The position numbers and the translations under genes were made by a program. The notes under the pieces are model-generated. The model was not told where the DNA came from and searched no databases. It was given only the letters and a program-made list of their open reading frames with translations. Below, piece after piece: positions 12,429-24,885 of a stretch of 64,000 bases of DNA; within the stretch, counting starts at the first letter, position 1, and the number at the start of each line of letters is the position of its first letter. The stretch is from Phoronis australis. Lineage: Eukaryota > Animalia > Phoronida. The DNA is taken from NCBI GenBank assembly GCA_002633005.1, contig NMRA01000416.1:343386-407385 (forward strand), written 5' to 3'.

Positions 12429-13801
12429 GGTTATCTCAAACCTTACTTAATGGCCCCGATTCCAACTCGCATATAAAAAATTAAGCTTTGTCACCTAGTG
12501 AAAGTATATATTTTCTGAAAGAAAAAAGATCAGGGAATATGATAATGTGTTTTGTATTTATGTGCCATTATTATTATTACGTTAACACTTTTTTAAGTCA
12601 AAATTTAAGAAAGGTGCATTCATAGCAAAATAACCCATCGTTCGATCTTCATGAAACACTTTTAAATGAAAATTTCACAAGTTATTTCAAATACTGTGAA
12701 TTTTCGATTAGTCTTTTCGTTTGGTTTCTATGACAAATCAACTCGCAAAACGTAAGGTATTTTTGTAAAAACTAGAAGTCGTATTCGTCTTTCTTAAATT
12801 ACGCTAAAACTAGGCCTTCATATCAAAACCCTAACAGTTTTTTTTAGATTGATGACTAAATATCAAGTTTGGAAAGTTTCGTCGAAATCCACCCAGCCGT
12901 TTTCGAGAACTCGAGTTCCTAAGTTCAAATAAAGTCGATTTGCCGAAGCCGAGAAAATGCCGATTAAACTGGGACGAGTATTCGGTTAACTATTCGGTGA
13001 AAACTAACCTATAAATGCCTTAACCATGTTAGCTATTTCAACACTCACTTGCAATGTCAACTGAATTTGTAGTGCGTAATTAACTTAAATATCATTAAAA
13101 CGTACCGTCCCCAGCTACGAGGTGGGATCAACTGGTCTGTTGTTTGACCTACTTAAAACTAGGTCACACTCCATTGTTATACACATATGGCTGTGCACAT
13201 CACGTGCCAGGATACTGATAGGAAACAAAGTAAGAAATGGATAACAAAAATCGAATCGGCGGTTAAACCATGTCGTTAGCATGAGATCGAAACCGCGAGA
13301 TGTCAATTTACTTATTGAATTAAGGAATTTGGGTGAGGATTTTTCTCTTTTCACAACTTCCTCTGTTCATGCACCACAGATGCGTGAGGCAACTCGTTGC
13401 ATTCGTTCTCCACGCCAACGGTCGTATGCATGCAGTCGCACAACTTCCTCAGGATCAAAACTTTTGTCTTTGTTTTCCTCGGCACCATATCATAAGGTCA
13501 CCTCATTGACTCAATATTATGGCGAGCTTGGTGCTTGAAAGGACTGAGGAAGCTGCTCAGTGCCTGGCGGGAGATTCAGTTTGAGTGACAGCCCTGTAGC
13601 CTTTGACCTCGGATAGGTAGAAAACAAATATTCACGCGGTTGTGAGGTTCCAATGTGGTTCTGATAAATCTTTTTCTTTCTCGCTACGCGGTATGTATTT
13701 TGTATTTGAAGTTCCCCGTGAATGAAGATAAGGAATTTTGCTAGACACATGTGAAATATTGCAAAAATGGCAACTTTTTGTGTATAAGGTTTAAGATAAC
13801 C
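12429..13801. mobile_element. Kolobok-like non-autonomous element with TTAA TSD
   Basis: TTAA|GGTTATCTCAAACCTTA...TAAGGTTTAAGATAACC|TTAA (16/17 TIR match, RR...YY ends). Confidence 0.75.
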
Positions 13802-15010
13802 TTAATGCTTCGTTTTACAGTTCACAGTGCTCTAGATGTAAACCTTTGGCTTTATCAGTAAGCGGTTCTGATATGTTCTACCTGCAGATATTCGTTGTTA
13901 TTTATGGATGGTAGGTGACTCAAATCAGTCGCTTAACTCAAAATCTGATAACCCTTCCAAAATCAACGATCATGAACTAAAATACAAATGAAAATGAGTT
14001 CATTAGCGTTAGCTAGATAATTTTCAGGACGTCAGATATTCATGATTGATTAAAAAAGGAAATGCCAAATATGTTGAAAGCAGATTCTTTAGTAGGTCAA
14101 TTGCACTCATTCACAGGGTTCTTTTCTGTCAGTGTGGTCAATTCTCATAACAGATTTTTTATGTCAACTTCTTCAAAACGATATGTTAGCAAGACAGCGA
14201 TAGCAACGGATTCCACTACTTCTGCCAGATTCTGAATGCAGTTCACGTATCATTGAAAGGCCAAGTCGCCGTATTTAAAGAGGCCTGAAACGCGAAAAAC
14301 AGACTAAATTGTAATCTCCATAGTGTTTCTCTGCCACTGATACAGAGTTCATCCTACTCAACAGGAATTTTCAAGGTTTGTTCGTAAAGAATTTGAATTT
14401 CTGTTGATGTCAAAGCGTTTTTATTTAGTTCAAAATTTCAAAAAAATGATCTGTCACCTGCTCGTTACTTCGTTGATTTTTCTCCCGCAAAGCAAACACG
14501 TCTCCTTTTTTGGTATGGCAAAACATAGACGCAGCACATTTCCCTTATATGGAACATACTGACTTGCCTCATACTGGGCTGCCGACCTCAGATTCGGAGT
14601 GCGATCACACATCTAGTCTGCCGTTATTATCCATTTCATCGGACAGCTGTTTGTCGAATACTGTGAGTGCATGCGCGCACTTGTCATCAGTGCAGGAGAT
14701 TAGAAACTCTGTGGTGACTACAGAGTTTTTCCTTGCCGCGTATCTCAAAAAATCGTGTATTTTGTGATTTTTTAAGAAATTCCCTCACAGGTAAAAGTGA
14801 ATAACTTTGTAGTAGACAATGCAAGATGGTAATTTCGTTAGGAATTGTTAAAAAGATATTTTTGACGAGCTTTCGCGTTCCATGCCAATCTAAGTCTGAA
14901 TAATTCAACCCATTCTCGGAATCTGAGACCTTCATCCTAGGTGGCGTTAATATCGCTACGCAAACAACCATTTTTGCAGACCATTTACCGAAGCCCGTGG
15001 AATTAAGCCT

Positions 15011-15078
15011 CAGGGGCGGATGCAGGAATTTGAGTTGGAGGGGGGGGGGNGCCCCCCCCCCCCCCAAATCCGCAACTG
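15011..15078. mobile_element. Ends of a 5-bp-TSD MITE (hAT5-like); interior possibly lost at the N join
   Basis: AGCCT|CAGGGGCGGAT...ATCCGCAACTG|AGCCT; N at 15050 between G and C runs. Confidence 0.65.
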
Positions 15079-15249
15079 AGCCTGCACGCGTTCAAGTGTA
15101 AACTTAACTTGTACGTGCCAACAATTGTCAGGTTTAGAATTCCCTAGTCAGGAACAGATGCGTGCAAATTTACAGAACTGTCACTAAAAAACGGGAAGCT
15201 GTGAAAGTAATGGAGTGCTGGGAAAGAGCGGCAGTGCATTCACTAATCA

Positions 15250-17060
15250 GATTGGCTGCAGACGATCCAAAAAAGAATAACTGGTTCTGATCTCTTTTTT
15301 GAAAATCGAGTCAGTGGGGCCGTATTTTGTTTAATTGCTCACATTATCAGAAATGAAAATCCACCTGAGATGGACAAAACGGTGCGGGATTCTTTTCCTC
15401 ATCGCTTGACAAATCATGGCGTTTCAAATCATGCATACCCTTGTTTACATGCCTTAGTTTAGCTTCAAAAACACGAAACCTGAAATTGATAAGGGGCTGA
15501 TGTTTTTTAGCGGTGAGCGCAGGTCTCAAAATGAGTTGAGGTAAAAACCAGAACCAACTTTATTTTAAAGAAAATGTTGAATCGCAACACGTCTTGTGAA
15601 GAAAGACTAAGAAAGGGAGACTTTTATAAAGCAATGGAGGCTGACCACGTGGTACCGGGGACTGCCGTCTTACTGTAGGCCTACCAATAGGCACAGCTGC
15701 AGTGAGTGCATGTTATACTGGAACATGTCAGATTGTCGTAACTTGAAGCTTTACAATATCGTGAATAGCTAGATGCGAAAGCGTATAAACCACCACTTCT
15801 GAATGTTTCTATAAAATAAATGTTCACAGGAACCCCAGTGGAAGGAGCTAGCTAGCTCCTCAAAAGAAATTTATTTATAACATGCGCGCACCCGGGGGGG
15901 GGCTTGGCGAAGTGGGCGAAAACCTCCGCCTCAGAGAAACAAAAAGTCAGAGAAAACGCTCAGTTCACAGTCTTGAAGGTAGTACCCCATTTTTTAGTCC
16001 TCCCGCTTTTTTGCCAGCAAAAAGTCCACATCGTCAGAAATTCGAGCTCCCCATATTAAAAGCTGGGTTAAATGTATATTAAGTGGCCAGAAGCCGTGAT
16101 TTATAAGTTTGCGCATCTATACAGTCGTACCTTGAAGTTTTATAAAAAACAAAAGTTGGTAGAGGGGGAATCTCAGCTATTTATATGTAAACTATGATCA
16201 TGTTTACGTGAGTAACAATACTTCGATCTTACAAAAAGTGCATCGTCACCTTTGTAAAAACGTCCCTATGACCGTCTTATATGTAGCAACGATAAGACTT
16301 TCGACATTTGATAGAACGGAGCCTGAGACTTTGTAAAATAAAGAGGTGAGGCTTACATTACGAAGAAAATTGAGCTTCATCATGGCTGCTATTTTGAAGT
16401 TGTAAACTTATGTTTTCGAAAAACATAACTCGAGGGAACCAAACACGATTACACTCCTCGAGAAAAAAATCGTAAAATTTGTACAGCAGGCTAGTCAAGT
16501 GCAACATAAAAAATATTTCAGGTGGAAAGTGACAACTTTATCACTGACCTCAAATACTCTATCCTATTCAAAAAGGCCATTCTAGACACACGCACGCCAG
16601 CACACGCACACACACATCCGCATACGCACTCGCATCCGCCGACACAGGCGTGGCCACGCCACGTGGGTTACTGTGAATCCTATGCCGACAGTGGCTGCAG
16701 AACAATTGGTACTGTCTCCGATTTTTTAAAAATAGAGTCAGTGGAGCCGGGCCATATTTTGTTTAGTTGCCCACGTTTTCTGAATAGAAACTCCACCTGA
16801 TACGAAGGAAAATGATGCGGGATTTGTTTATTGCCTCCAGCGCTTGATAAATCATGGCAGTTCAGATCTAGCCTTCCCTTGTTCACTTGCATTTGTACAG
16901 CCTTAAAAAACACGAAACTTTGATCGAAATTGACGTTTTGCGCAGGTCTCAAAATGAATCGGGTAAAAAACATTTTGGCCTAATCGTAGCATTTGTGGAA
17001 AACAAATAAGAATGGGAGACTTTCAAAAAGAAATGGACAATGGTTCCGTGGGACCGGGGC
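15250..17060. repeat. Diverged ~400-bp direct repeat pair (~15250-15665 and ~16690-17060)
   Basis: Shared anchors GGCTGCAGA, GAGTCAGTGG, CCACCTGA, AAATCATGGC, GCGCAGGTCTCAAAATGA and GGGAGACTTT occur in the same order. Confidence 0.65.
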
Positions 17061-20000
17061 TTTATAGCCGCCTTGGTGTGCCATCAGGTACCTCGTCTTC
17101 GCTGCGGATCACTTAGGGGAACATTTTGCCTTCGTGAAACGACCTTTTTGCAGTGTGCGTAATTAGACGAGGTGGTTTTAATAAAAAATTAATTGCTTTA
17201 TCGTCCTCCAGAGGCCACTGGTCTCCGTTTCCTAGTGATCGCTGAGTCGCCATGTTGCTGACTGGAAAGTCTCCCATTACATTGCCGCTTTATTCAGTCT
17301 GTGAACAGTGGAGACACAGAAAATTGTCATGTAGGACCGTGTCTCAAGTGCACGCAACCAATGTATTCCCAAGGTCTTAGCAGTTGTAATCCCGCTAATT
17401 GATCGGTGCCTTACCAGTGATTTCCAGTAAGTAATGTTATCGCCTTGTCTTTTCTCGGTATTGCTGGTCACGTGCATCGCTCTGTCACAATAAAATGTGT
17501 AATTGTATAACTACATGGAATCTAATGAAAGAGATGATTTTAGTACTGAACATTTTAAATCAATTGACAACATCGTCAAGCACAAAAAATAAAACATAAA
17601 CGTCCATTGACAAGAGTCAAATTCGGTTGGTTAAACGAACTTTGTGTTTCGGGAAATATTCAAAATGAATGAAAAACAGTTATTCGTAAAAGGGTAATTT
17701 ATCATTCCACACCTCATCATTTGCGCATTTGAAATACTTGACTAGATGTAATAATTATCATTGAAAAAAATCACGGAGAGTTCTGTTGAACTTCAGTGAC
17801 GTGTTTTCCGTGTTACAGAAAAGTCCAATTCCCACACTTTATTGATAACCGACATTTATCTTGCCACGCGTTTGTCAAAAACTTCAGTTATTTTCGGGCA
17901 GGAAAAGTCTCAGAATTCAGTTGCCGTCTGGTCCAACGATAACGCTGAGTGGACAATCTGCGTCAAGATGTTGAAAGGAAAGTTATTTTTTGAAGGACTT
18001 CTTGGTCAACATGGGAACTTTTTGTCTACTTTTAAAAGTAGGCTACCCTGTATCTTTCAGTCGCTTTTTACGAAAGTGAAACTAATTAAAACAGATAACC
18101 CACAAACTAGACATGACGACGCAATAAGCAACTTCCGACTGGTCTGGATTAACAAAATCCCATGCTTACAACAGGTCTCAAGACGCATGAAAAAATCATA
18201 ACTAACAGCAGAAAGCTCACCCGACGGGGTCACTCAAAACTAAAGCAAAACAACAAAGCAATGTCTTTTTGTTTTACTACATCCATCGGAAAAATGAGAT
18301 GCCAAAAAATGATAAAAAGGTGATTTTTGCATTTTTGCACTAAAATCACAAATTCACGACTGACTCAGTTCTAGAAAGGAGACAACAATCCAAACGCTCT
18401 TGCTCTCTAGATAACAGAAATATTCGGTAAAACGCGTCATTACCAATCATATTTTGCCAATTTCCATTTGTCTGAAAGATTCCTGTATTCGTGCTAATAA
18501 TTCTCACTGAATGAGGCTGACTCTCTAAAAATGGCGGTATATAGGTAGAACATGGTCGAGTTCAGTGACGCAAGAGCACGGAAATTTGCCTAGATTTTTC
18601 TCTCCGCGAGACCGAACTGAAGTCGGCCCTGGGTAGCGCGCTTGCAAGGAAATCTAGGAGCCTTACACGTAGTGTTATCAATATAGTTTAATGACATTGC
18701 CAATTTATGATGTCATTGTGAAGTGTAGTTAACTTTAAGCTTCTCCGGCCTGAAATACCATAGCTTTAAGCACAACGCTTACATACACAAAATGGATATT
18801 AGATGACTTCAAACTCATTCCAGAAGGATTCTTTGGATGTCCAATGATAGTTTCAACATTCATTTCCAGCATAGACTTTGCACTCGACACACCGACGTAC
18901 TACACTCGAGATAATCGCTGCACTGGTGGGTGAAGAGTGCCACGTGCTCCGCAGGATCACTGTTTGAAGAGACAAAGCCTACATTAGGGTCCATACATGA
19001 CCAAACTGTACAGAGAGGTACATTTAGCTTTTGAGTCAATATTCAAGACGAGTCATTATTTTTATGGTGAAGACGGGAGGTGGTCTTGAAGTTTCTATAA
19101 TAAACGTAATCTCATTAATTTTTTTCACAAAGGCGGCATTTCAAAAATCCAACTGCACGTTTTCGGACATGACTCCATTCACGAGTTGAGACGAGGTTAT
19201 TACGTAAAATAATTGCAAGCAGGCAGTTACAGTCATTCGATAGCATCGTGCCTCACGGAACGAGTCCCCGGAAGTGATATTCTCAAACGAAATACCTTTT
19301 TCAAGTATAAAAAAGCCAAAAACAGAACAGTAAATTGTGAATAGTGTTGATTTTCTGGTCGCTTCGACCCCGATTCGAATCCGGCGATGACGCCATCAAT
19401 GCTCACATCGTGATAATATAATTGGCAAATGCTGCTGACATCAGACAATGCATAGTTCTTGCAAACGCGGTCAGATGACGCCCATCGTAATTTCGGTCAC
19501 ACAAGCTAGCCCAAAGCCAACACTGCAGAGGTCCACGCATGCGCACTACAACAACATATTGTGTCACTTTTTGGCAGGAGCTTTCACTTGCGCGTAACAT
19601 GTTCGAAAACTTGTATAAATTGTAGGCCAGTGGCTTTAGTCTGAGAGGTCGGGCCTTGTTGCCACCTCATGGATGAGGTGAACACGGAGAGGAACTCGAT
19701 CCAAACACCCTTTATACATAGATACTCGGCGTTTCTCTGCCCCTACTGGTCGATGCTCAACAGACTAGACCCAAGCGCATTTGAATGCGGACGTTTGCAC
19801 AAATGACTTCTCGGACACTCCTGCGGGAGCGAATGGTGGTCTTACCTCGATTGCTGCTGACGGCTTGACATCTATTCTCTCCAAAAAGGAGAAAACCGAT
19901 TTAGGACAGTGGCTGGCTATCCTTTCGTTTGAGGTAGTGATTGTGAAGAAGTAGCGTACTAGAGACACAATCCCCATGCTACAGGTCGTTTAATAAACGA

Positions 20001-20464
20001 AGTCATTAACCGAGACGTAAATTGGCTTTTTGGCCCGGATTGTAAAAATCGATGCGCGCACATCCCAGAGCGTACATTTGCGTTGCCAGCGTTGTGAGGT
20101 GTTACGCAGATCCTCTGACTTGGATTGCATGAAATTGCAAAACGTATTTACTGGTTATGTTCGATTGTTGCATGACATCATCGACTTTGAAAAACGTCGT
20201 AATTATGTTTATATTCTCGCCAACAATTACGCTATAACTGTGGGGTCAGATCATAATGGCATCGTAACAATTTTCGAGAAAGACGGAGCAGCATTTTCGT
20301 CCATGAAAAATGTAAGCCTGGTCCATCTTGGACAAACCTTGCCTGTGGTTATTTCACCAATGCCGTTCAGGCCACAGGATTCACCTTCCATTATCTTGTA
20401 TTCCGGCTGTACGTATCCAATTTTTGCCGCCAAATGGCAGAGCAAACAAAGAAACAGTGTAATA

Positions 20465-21489
20465 CAGTGGCGGATCTAGGATATCACAAGGGGGGGCAAC
20501 ATTTTGTCCGGCTAGAAGCATTTGCGTAAACTGAACCACGATTGTAGATGCGCATAGCACCGAATGGGGGGAGGTCAGGAGGGGGGTTTGCCCCCCTCCC
20601 GCCCAGGAAATTTTTCTGTTTTTGCCTCTAAAAATCAAGCATTTTCCTTGATTCCTGAAGTATTATCCAAGAAAAAAAGGCAAAAAAAAAAAAACACGGA
20701 GAACGTGTCAAACAGGAAAAAAATGCTGGTATCAAAGACTCGAACTCACGACCTGGCGGTTAAAGTGCACGTACGTTACCACTACACCACCACGATTTAA
20801 CTGCGACCGTCATACTAAAAGACTTACTTGTTTATGGGCCACAGCGTTTGCGCGCGAAACCTACTTCTTTTTGTAATGCTTATTACACGTTTTATATTTT
20901 GTGCCATCAATTCTTAACAAATTTGTCGTATTTGAAATAGTCTTCAAATGCCCAAAAGACCAAATCCGTTTTTCATGTTGGCAATAATGACGGGATTGCT
21001 TTGGAAATCGTATCAACATAAGGTTTGACAAAGAGAGTATTGCGAGTTTCTGAGTGATTCACTAAGGCTTCGATTAAAATTCACATCTTACCAGCAGCTT
21101 CTGTTTTTTCATCGTCACTCAGGTTCCATTTTCTTTAAAAAATGAAGTAAATTTTCTTCATTGCACAGTGGAGCAGACGACGGAAACGGAGTCGTAGTGC
21201 ACAGCGCCGCTGCCGGTCGCCTAGGATATCGCGGGAGATTCTATACTTAGCCATAGTTCCGTTACGAACGCGCCGTGTTCCGAATTTGACACTTGAAATT
21301 GGATTTGAGCCCCCACCCCTCCCCCCCCCCAAACACTAAAACTGCACACATTTAAATCTTTTTTCATCCGTATAATTTTAATTACCGGTGTTAATTAATA
21401 AACTCACCATTTCCCTACGCTCTTACTGTTTTATTTTTTTGCGGCAGCCAAGGGGGGGGGGGGCCAGGCCCCCCCTAAATCCGCCTATG
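20465..21489. mobile_element. Full-length copy of the 5-bp-TSD MITE (hAT5-like)
   Basis: TAATA at 20460-20464 and 21490-21494; the paralogous units show the empty site (GTGTATTACACT ~30364, GTGTAATACT ~35944). Confidence 0.85.
20725..20798 (-). other. tRNA-derived Pol III cassette inside the MITE
   Basis: Minus strand: A-box TGGTGTAGTGG, B-box GAGTTCGAGTC, then a T7 terminator-like run. Confidence 0.55.
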
Positions 21490-22840
21490 TAATACACTAT
21501 AGTTTTTTTGTTTTTGATTAATAGACGACATAACTTGAGTGATCTTGCATACTATGTCTCAATCAAGTTTTGGGAAGATGTTTTACTCGAGCTGAACGAC
21601 TTGTTGCTGTAATTAGGAATGATCCTTAAACTGCTTATAATCACCAGCGACATATTAAAACAATAAAAACAAACCCACCAGTCGATGAGCGGTACACCAA
21701 TAAACTCTATCTGACGATTTTGTTAATTAGATCTCCAGTTACGAGCATTTATTGGTCGGTACAACCAGTCAAAGCACTTGTCATCCCCCGTTGTGTTTAT
21801 TGTAAGAGGACTTCAGATATTGCCGCTCCCTTTACCATGGTTTATAGCATAATAAGGCGTAACGTTTGTGGTGGTTGTGACAACTTTGTATCAGTGACTC
21901 TTCACTTATCCGGCGGGACATATGAGAAGCGAGGAAACGGCACAGGTATTTACAAGTAAGTCGTGTTTGGTGGACATGACAAACTGGCGCTTGGTACGTT
22001 CATACCTCACAATAATATTCGTGGACCTAAGAAACTCCAATTGAAGTGACGTCGACAAATTAGACACTTGTCAAAACAAGACAAAAAAGGCGGCTTTAAG
22101 CACTTAAAAGTGATTTGGCCGTCCGAGATGCAGCAGTCAACAGCCATATTAAAAAAACAGTAAACACTGTCTCTGGGTGCCAAATAATACGTCAAAACCA
22201 TTCGAAAACATGACAATTTCTTTAACGTATAACTATTTGCCAAATTTCATGAACATCCGCAAAGGAACATCGAAGATTCATATGAAAATGTAAAAAGGCA
22301 AGCACAGTGGTAGTTGTAGTCCATTTCATAGAAATGCACTTTCCAAATTTAGCAAGGTTTCTGCAAGTGGCAAAAAACAACTGCTATTAGGAGGACCTGC
22401 AGTAATCACAGCCGTCCGGAAATCATCATCAGACGTCCCCTTCCCTGTAGAAACACACATTCAAAATAGTGCAGTTTGGCCAATAGAGAGACAAGAACTT
22501 GAAAACAACAAAACGTAGGTGCAGAATTTATCGAATTCATTGGCAAACGAGGGGGTGGTCTCGAGTCGTTAACAGATTCCTATCTGCTAAATAACATGCA
22601 AATCCGCAAAAGAACTCCGAAAACACTTTTAAAAAAATAAAGTTGCCACTAGAAGAACCAAAACAGATTAATCATGTGACCCAATTAAAGATAGTTTGGT
22701 TTGAGCTATAAATATTCTTGAGAAGAACTCTATAGTTTTGTAAATATTTCGCTACATACACAGATGTGTCGATAAGGTTCTACATTACCTTGTACAGTAC
22801 AATCGATTTCTTTCAGACTCCTCTTCGCTGCCATGCCATA

Positions 22841-23467
22841 ATGCAGCCGCCTGTTACTATGCCACAGACGACCAACTATGACGCTGTAGTGCTCACGTCA
22901 CCCAAGGTTTTCCAGGCTCTCTCTATTTCTCAATTGCTTGCAGCAATAATCAACATTATTTACGGTGTTACAGCCTTGGCAAATTCTGATAAGGTGTGGA
23001 TTCCAACAACAGAGTACGCGACAGGCGCCCAGGAAGTCTGGACACCGGTGCCTTTTGTCATTTCCGGTGTATTAGGACTTCTTTTTGGTCGCGTGAATGC
23101 GAGGTGGTTAGTCATTGCACACATGGTCCTGTGTATAATTTCCGCATTTTTTTCGTTCGTTCTCTTCATAAATGCGTGCGTTTATTCATATGTGTTAGTC
23201 CCGCAAGTTACACTTGGGTTCCTGGCGTTTGCAGAGTTCTCCATCTCGATCATTTTGTGTACACTTTGCTACCAGGCGCTTTGTTGTAAGAACTATGCTA
23301 ATCCATGTGCAATTACTCAAGCTGCCGCTCCTCAGTCAGATGCATTACATGTAGGACTACCTGTTACAGCCATTCCGAGAAAACCCGCTACAGCAGATCT
23401 ACGATGCTTTGGGCACAAACTCGTCGAGCGCCAATTAAAGAAATTCGACAAAATCAGGAAAGCGTGA
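22841..23467 (+). CDS. MS4A/CD20-like four-TM protein, paralog 2 (208 aa; C-terminal tail frameshifted relative to paralogs 3 and 4)
   Basis: Acceptor TTTCTTTCAG ends at 22816; start MQPPVT homologous to paralogs 3/4; four TMs plus CYQALCC; 1-nt deletion near 23397. Confidence 0.8.
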   Translation: MQPPVTMPQTTNYDAVVLTSPKVFQALSISQLLAAIINIIYGVTALANSDKVWIPTTEYATGAQEVWTPVPFVISGVLGLLFGRVNARWLVIAHMVLCIISAFFSFVLFINACVYSYVLVPQVTLGFLAFAEFSISIILCTLCYQALCCKNYANPCAITQAAAPQSDALHVGLPVTAIPRKPATADLRCFGHKLVERQLKKFDKIRKA

Positions 23468-24787
23468 CCGAATTTGGCACCCAAGAACAGAATGAGGAGG
23501 AAAATGCCATTCTTCGGGGATAGTACCAATCCGCCTTTGTTGTTTTTCTTTTTGTTGTTGTTTTTCGGGTTGTTGTTGTCTATTAAATGGAATATCAGCC
23601 TTCGACTCAATGAAAATGGTTAGGTCGTCATTTGCGACCTGGCTAATATCTCGTGTCACATTCCTTTAAAATCCAGGTCGCAGATTCACAGATTCCAGCT
23701 CCCAGAATATAAAAGAAAGCTAAAGTCGCCGTGTTCTGGTCAGGGGTTCAAACGAAATTCGCAGTTACACCCTGTTACGTCATCCTAGGTCCCCCCCCCG
23801 GTGTTGTACTCTTATTTATTCATACCTTTTTCAGCATTCAAGAAGAGATCATGTTTTGTGTTTGTCACTTCCGATCTTTCCGCCCGCTAGTATTACGCAA
23901 ATACGCAGGCGTTGCACTTGCCTGTTGCATCAATGTTTAAGTATAAATGACACTCCGCTTGTGTTATATCACCACGTTTCATTCGTTTTCTGGCCAAAAC
24001 TGCGGTTGGCTCGCTTGCATATTGTTTAGTGAATATGATTGACAATTATTGAAATATGCAAATAACAGTTGGTTAAATTTTACGTTGCTACTATCACCAG
24101 TTATCACATGAACTGTTTTAAGTGCAAGTTTTTGTTATCGGAAATGCGAAAGTTGAGAGAACTTGCCAAGTTTACTCGGATATTCTAAGCTCTCTAGCAG
24201 TATATGGCTACGTGATCTTGTGTTCATGTGTAATTTCAACCATAACACATGGGCGGCAAATTTGTGTCATTCAGTCATTGTAACGTTACAAGTACAGTAA
24301 CTTTTTGTCACACTACTACTAAATGTGGAAAATCCACTGCTATGTGTGCTCACTTGGTGTTTTGAAAGAGCACATGATTGAAAAACCGGATCCTTTTCAC
24401 AGGCACAGTGTCTGCTTCAACCAAAGTTTTATGCTGTTTGTCAGTAATGGTAGACATTGATTCATTCCAATGCTTTTATTTTACAAAGGTGCGAGAACGT
24501 TCTACATTTTGTCAGTTACATTTTGGGGCTTCAAAAAGAATTCGACCTGATGCTTGCGAAAGAGTGATTTAGCCTACGATGGCAATGGATTTCATCTTCA
24601 CTTCCAAAAATCCAAAATTAAACTCAAAATCCTCCTCAGTGTGGGTTGTGTGTCACTGTGGCCAGGCTGGTGATCTTGTTGCCCTGTCATGTAGTCACCA
24701 TGAATAAACCTGTGACAGATTTGTAGTTAAATTGAATAAAGTTTCTATTTTTGCTTCCCCGTTTTTACTTTTCTTAGTACTAGGGTC

Positions 24788-24885
24788 CATGCATTTGAGT
24801 AGAGAGGGAGGGAGCATCCCATGCATTTGAGTAGAGAGGGAGGGAGCATCCCATGCATTTGAGTAGAGAGGGAGGGAGCATCCCA
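24788..24885. repeat. ~31-32 bp tandem repeat x3 (CCATGCATTTGAGTAGAGAGGGAGGGAGCATC)
   Basis: Three near-perfect copies; a related single unit at ~61010. Confidence 0.85.

Noticed and set aside
14276-15107. Another TTAA-flanked element (TTAAAGAGGCCTGAAACGCG...CGCGTTCAAGTGTAAACTTAA)
   Set aside because: Terminal match is too weak to define boundaries
20030-20479. 149-aa ORF in the duplicated upstream block
   Set aside because: The frame is broken in the homologous blocks of units 3 and 4, and the ORF ends inside a MITE
22766-22840. N-terminal extensions given by the ORF track for paralogs 1-3 (starts 9535, 22766, 31304)
   Set aside because: They run through polypyrimidine/AG acceptors and two use non-ATG starts; the homologous ATG lies downstream
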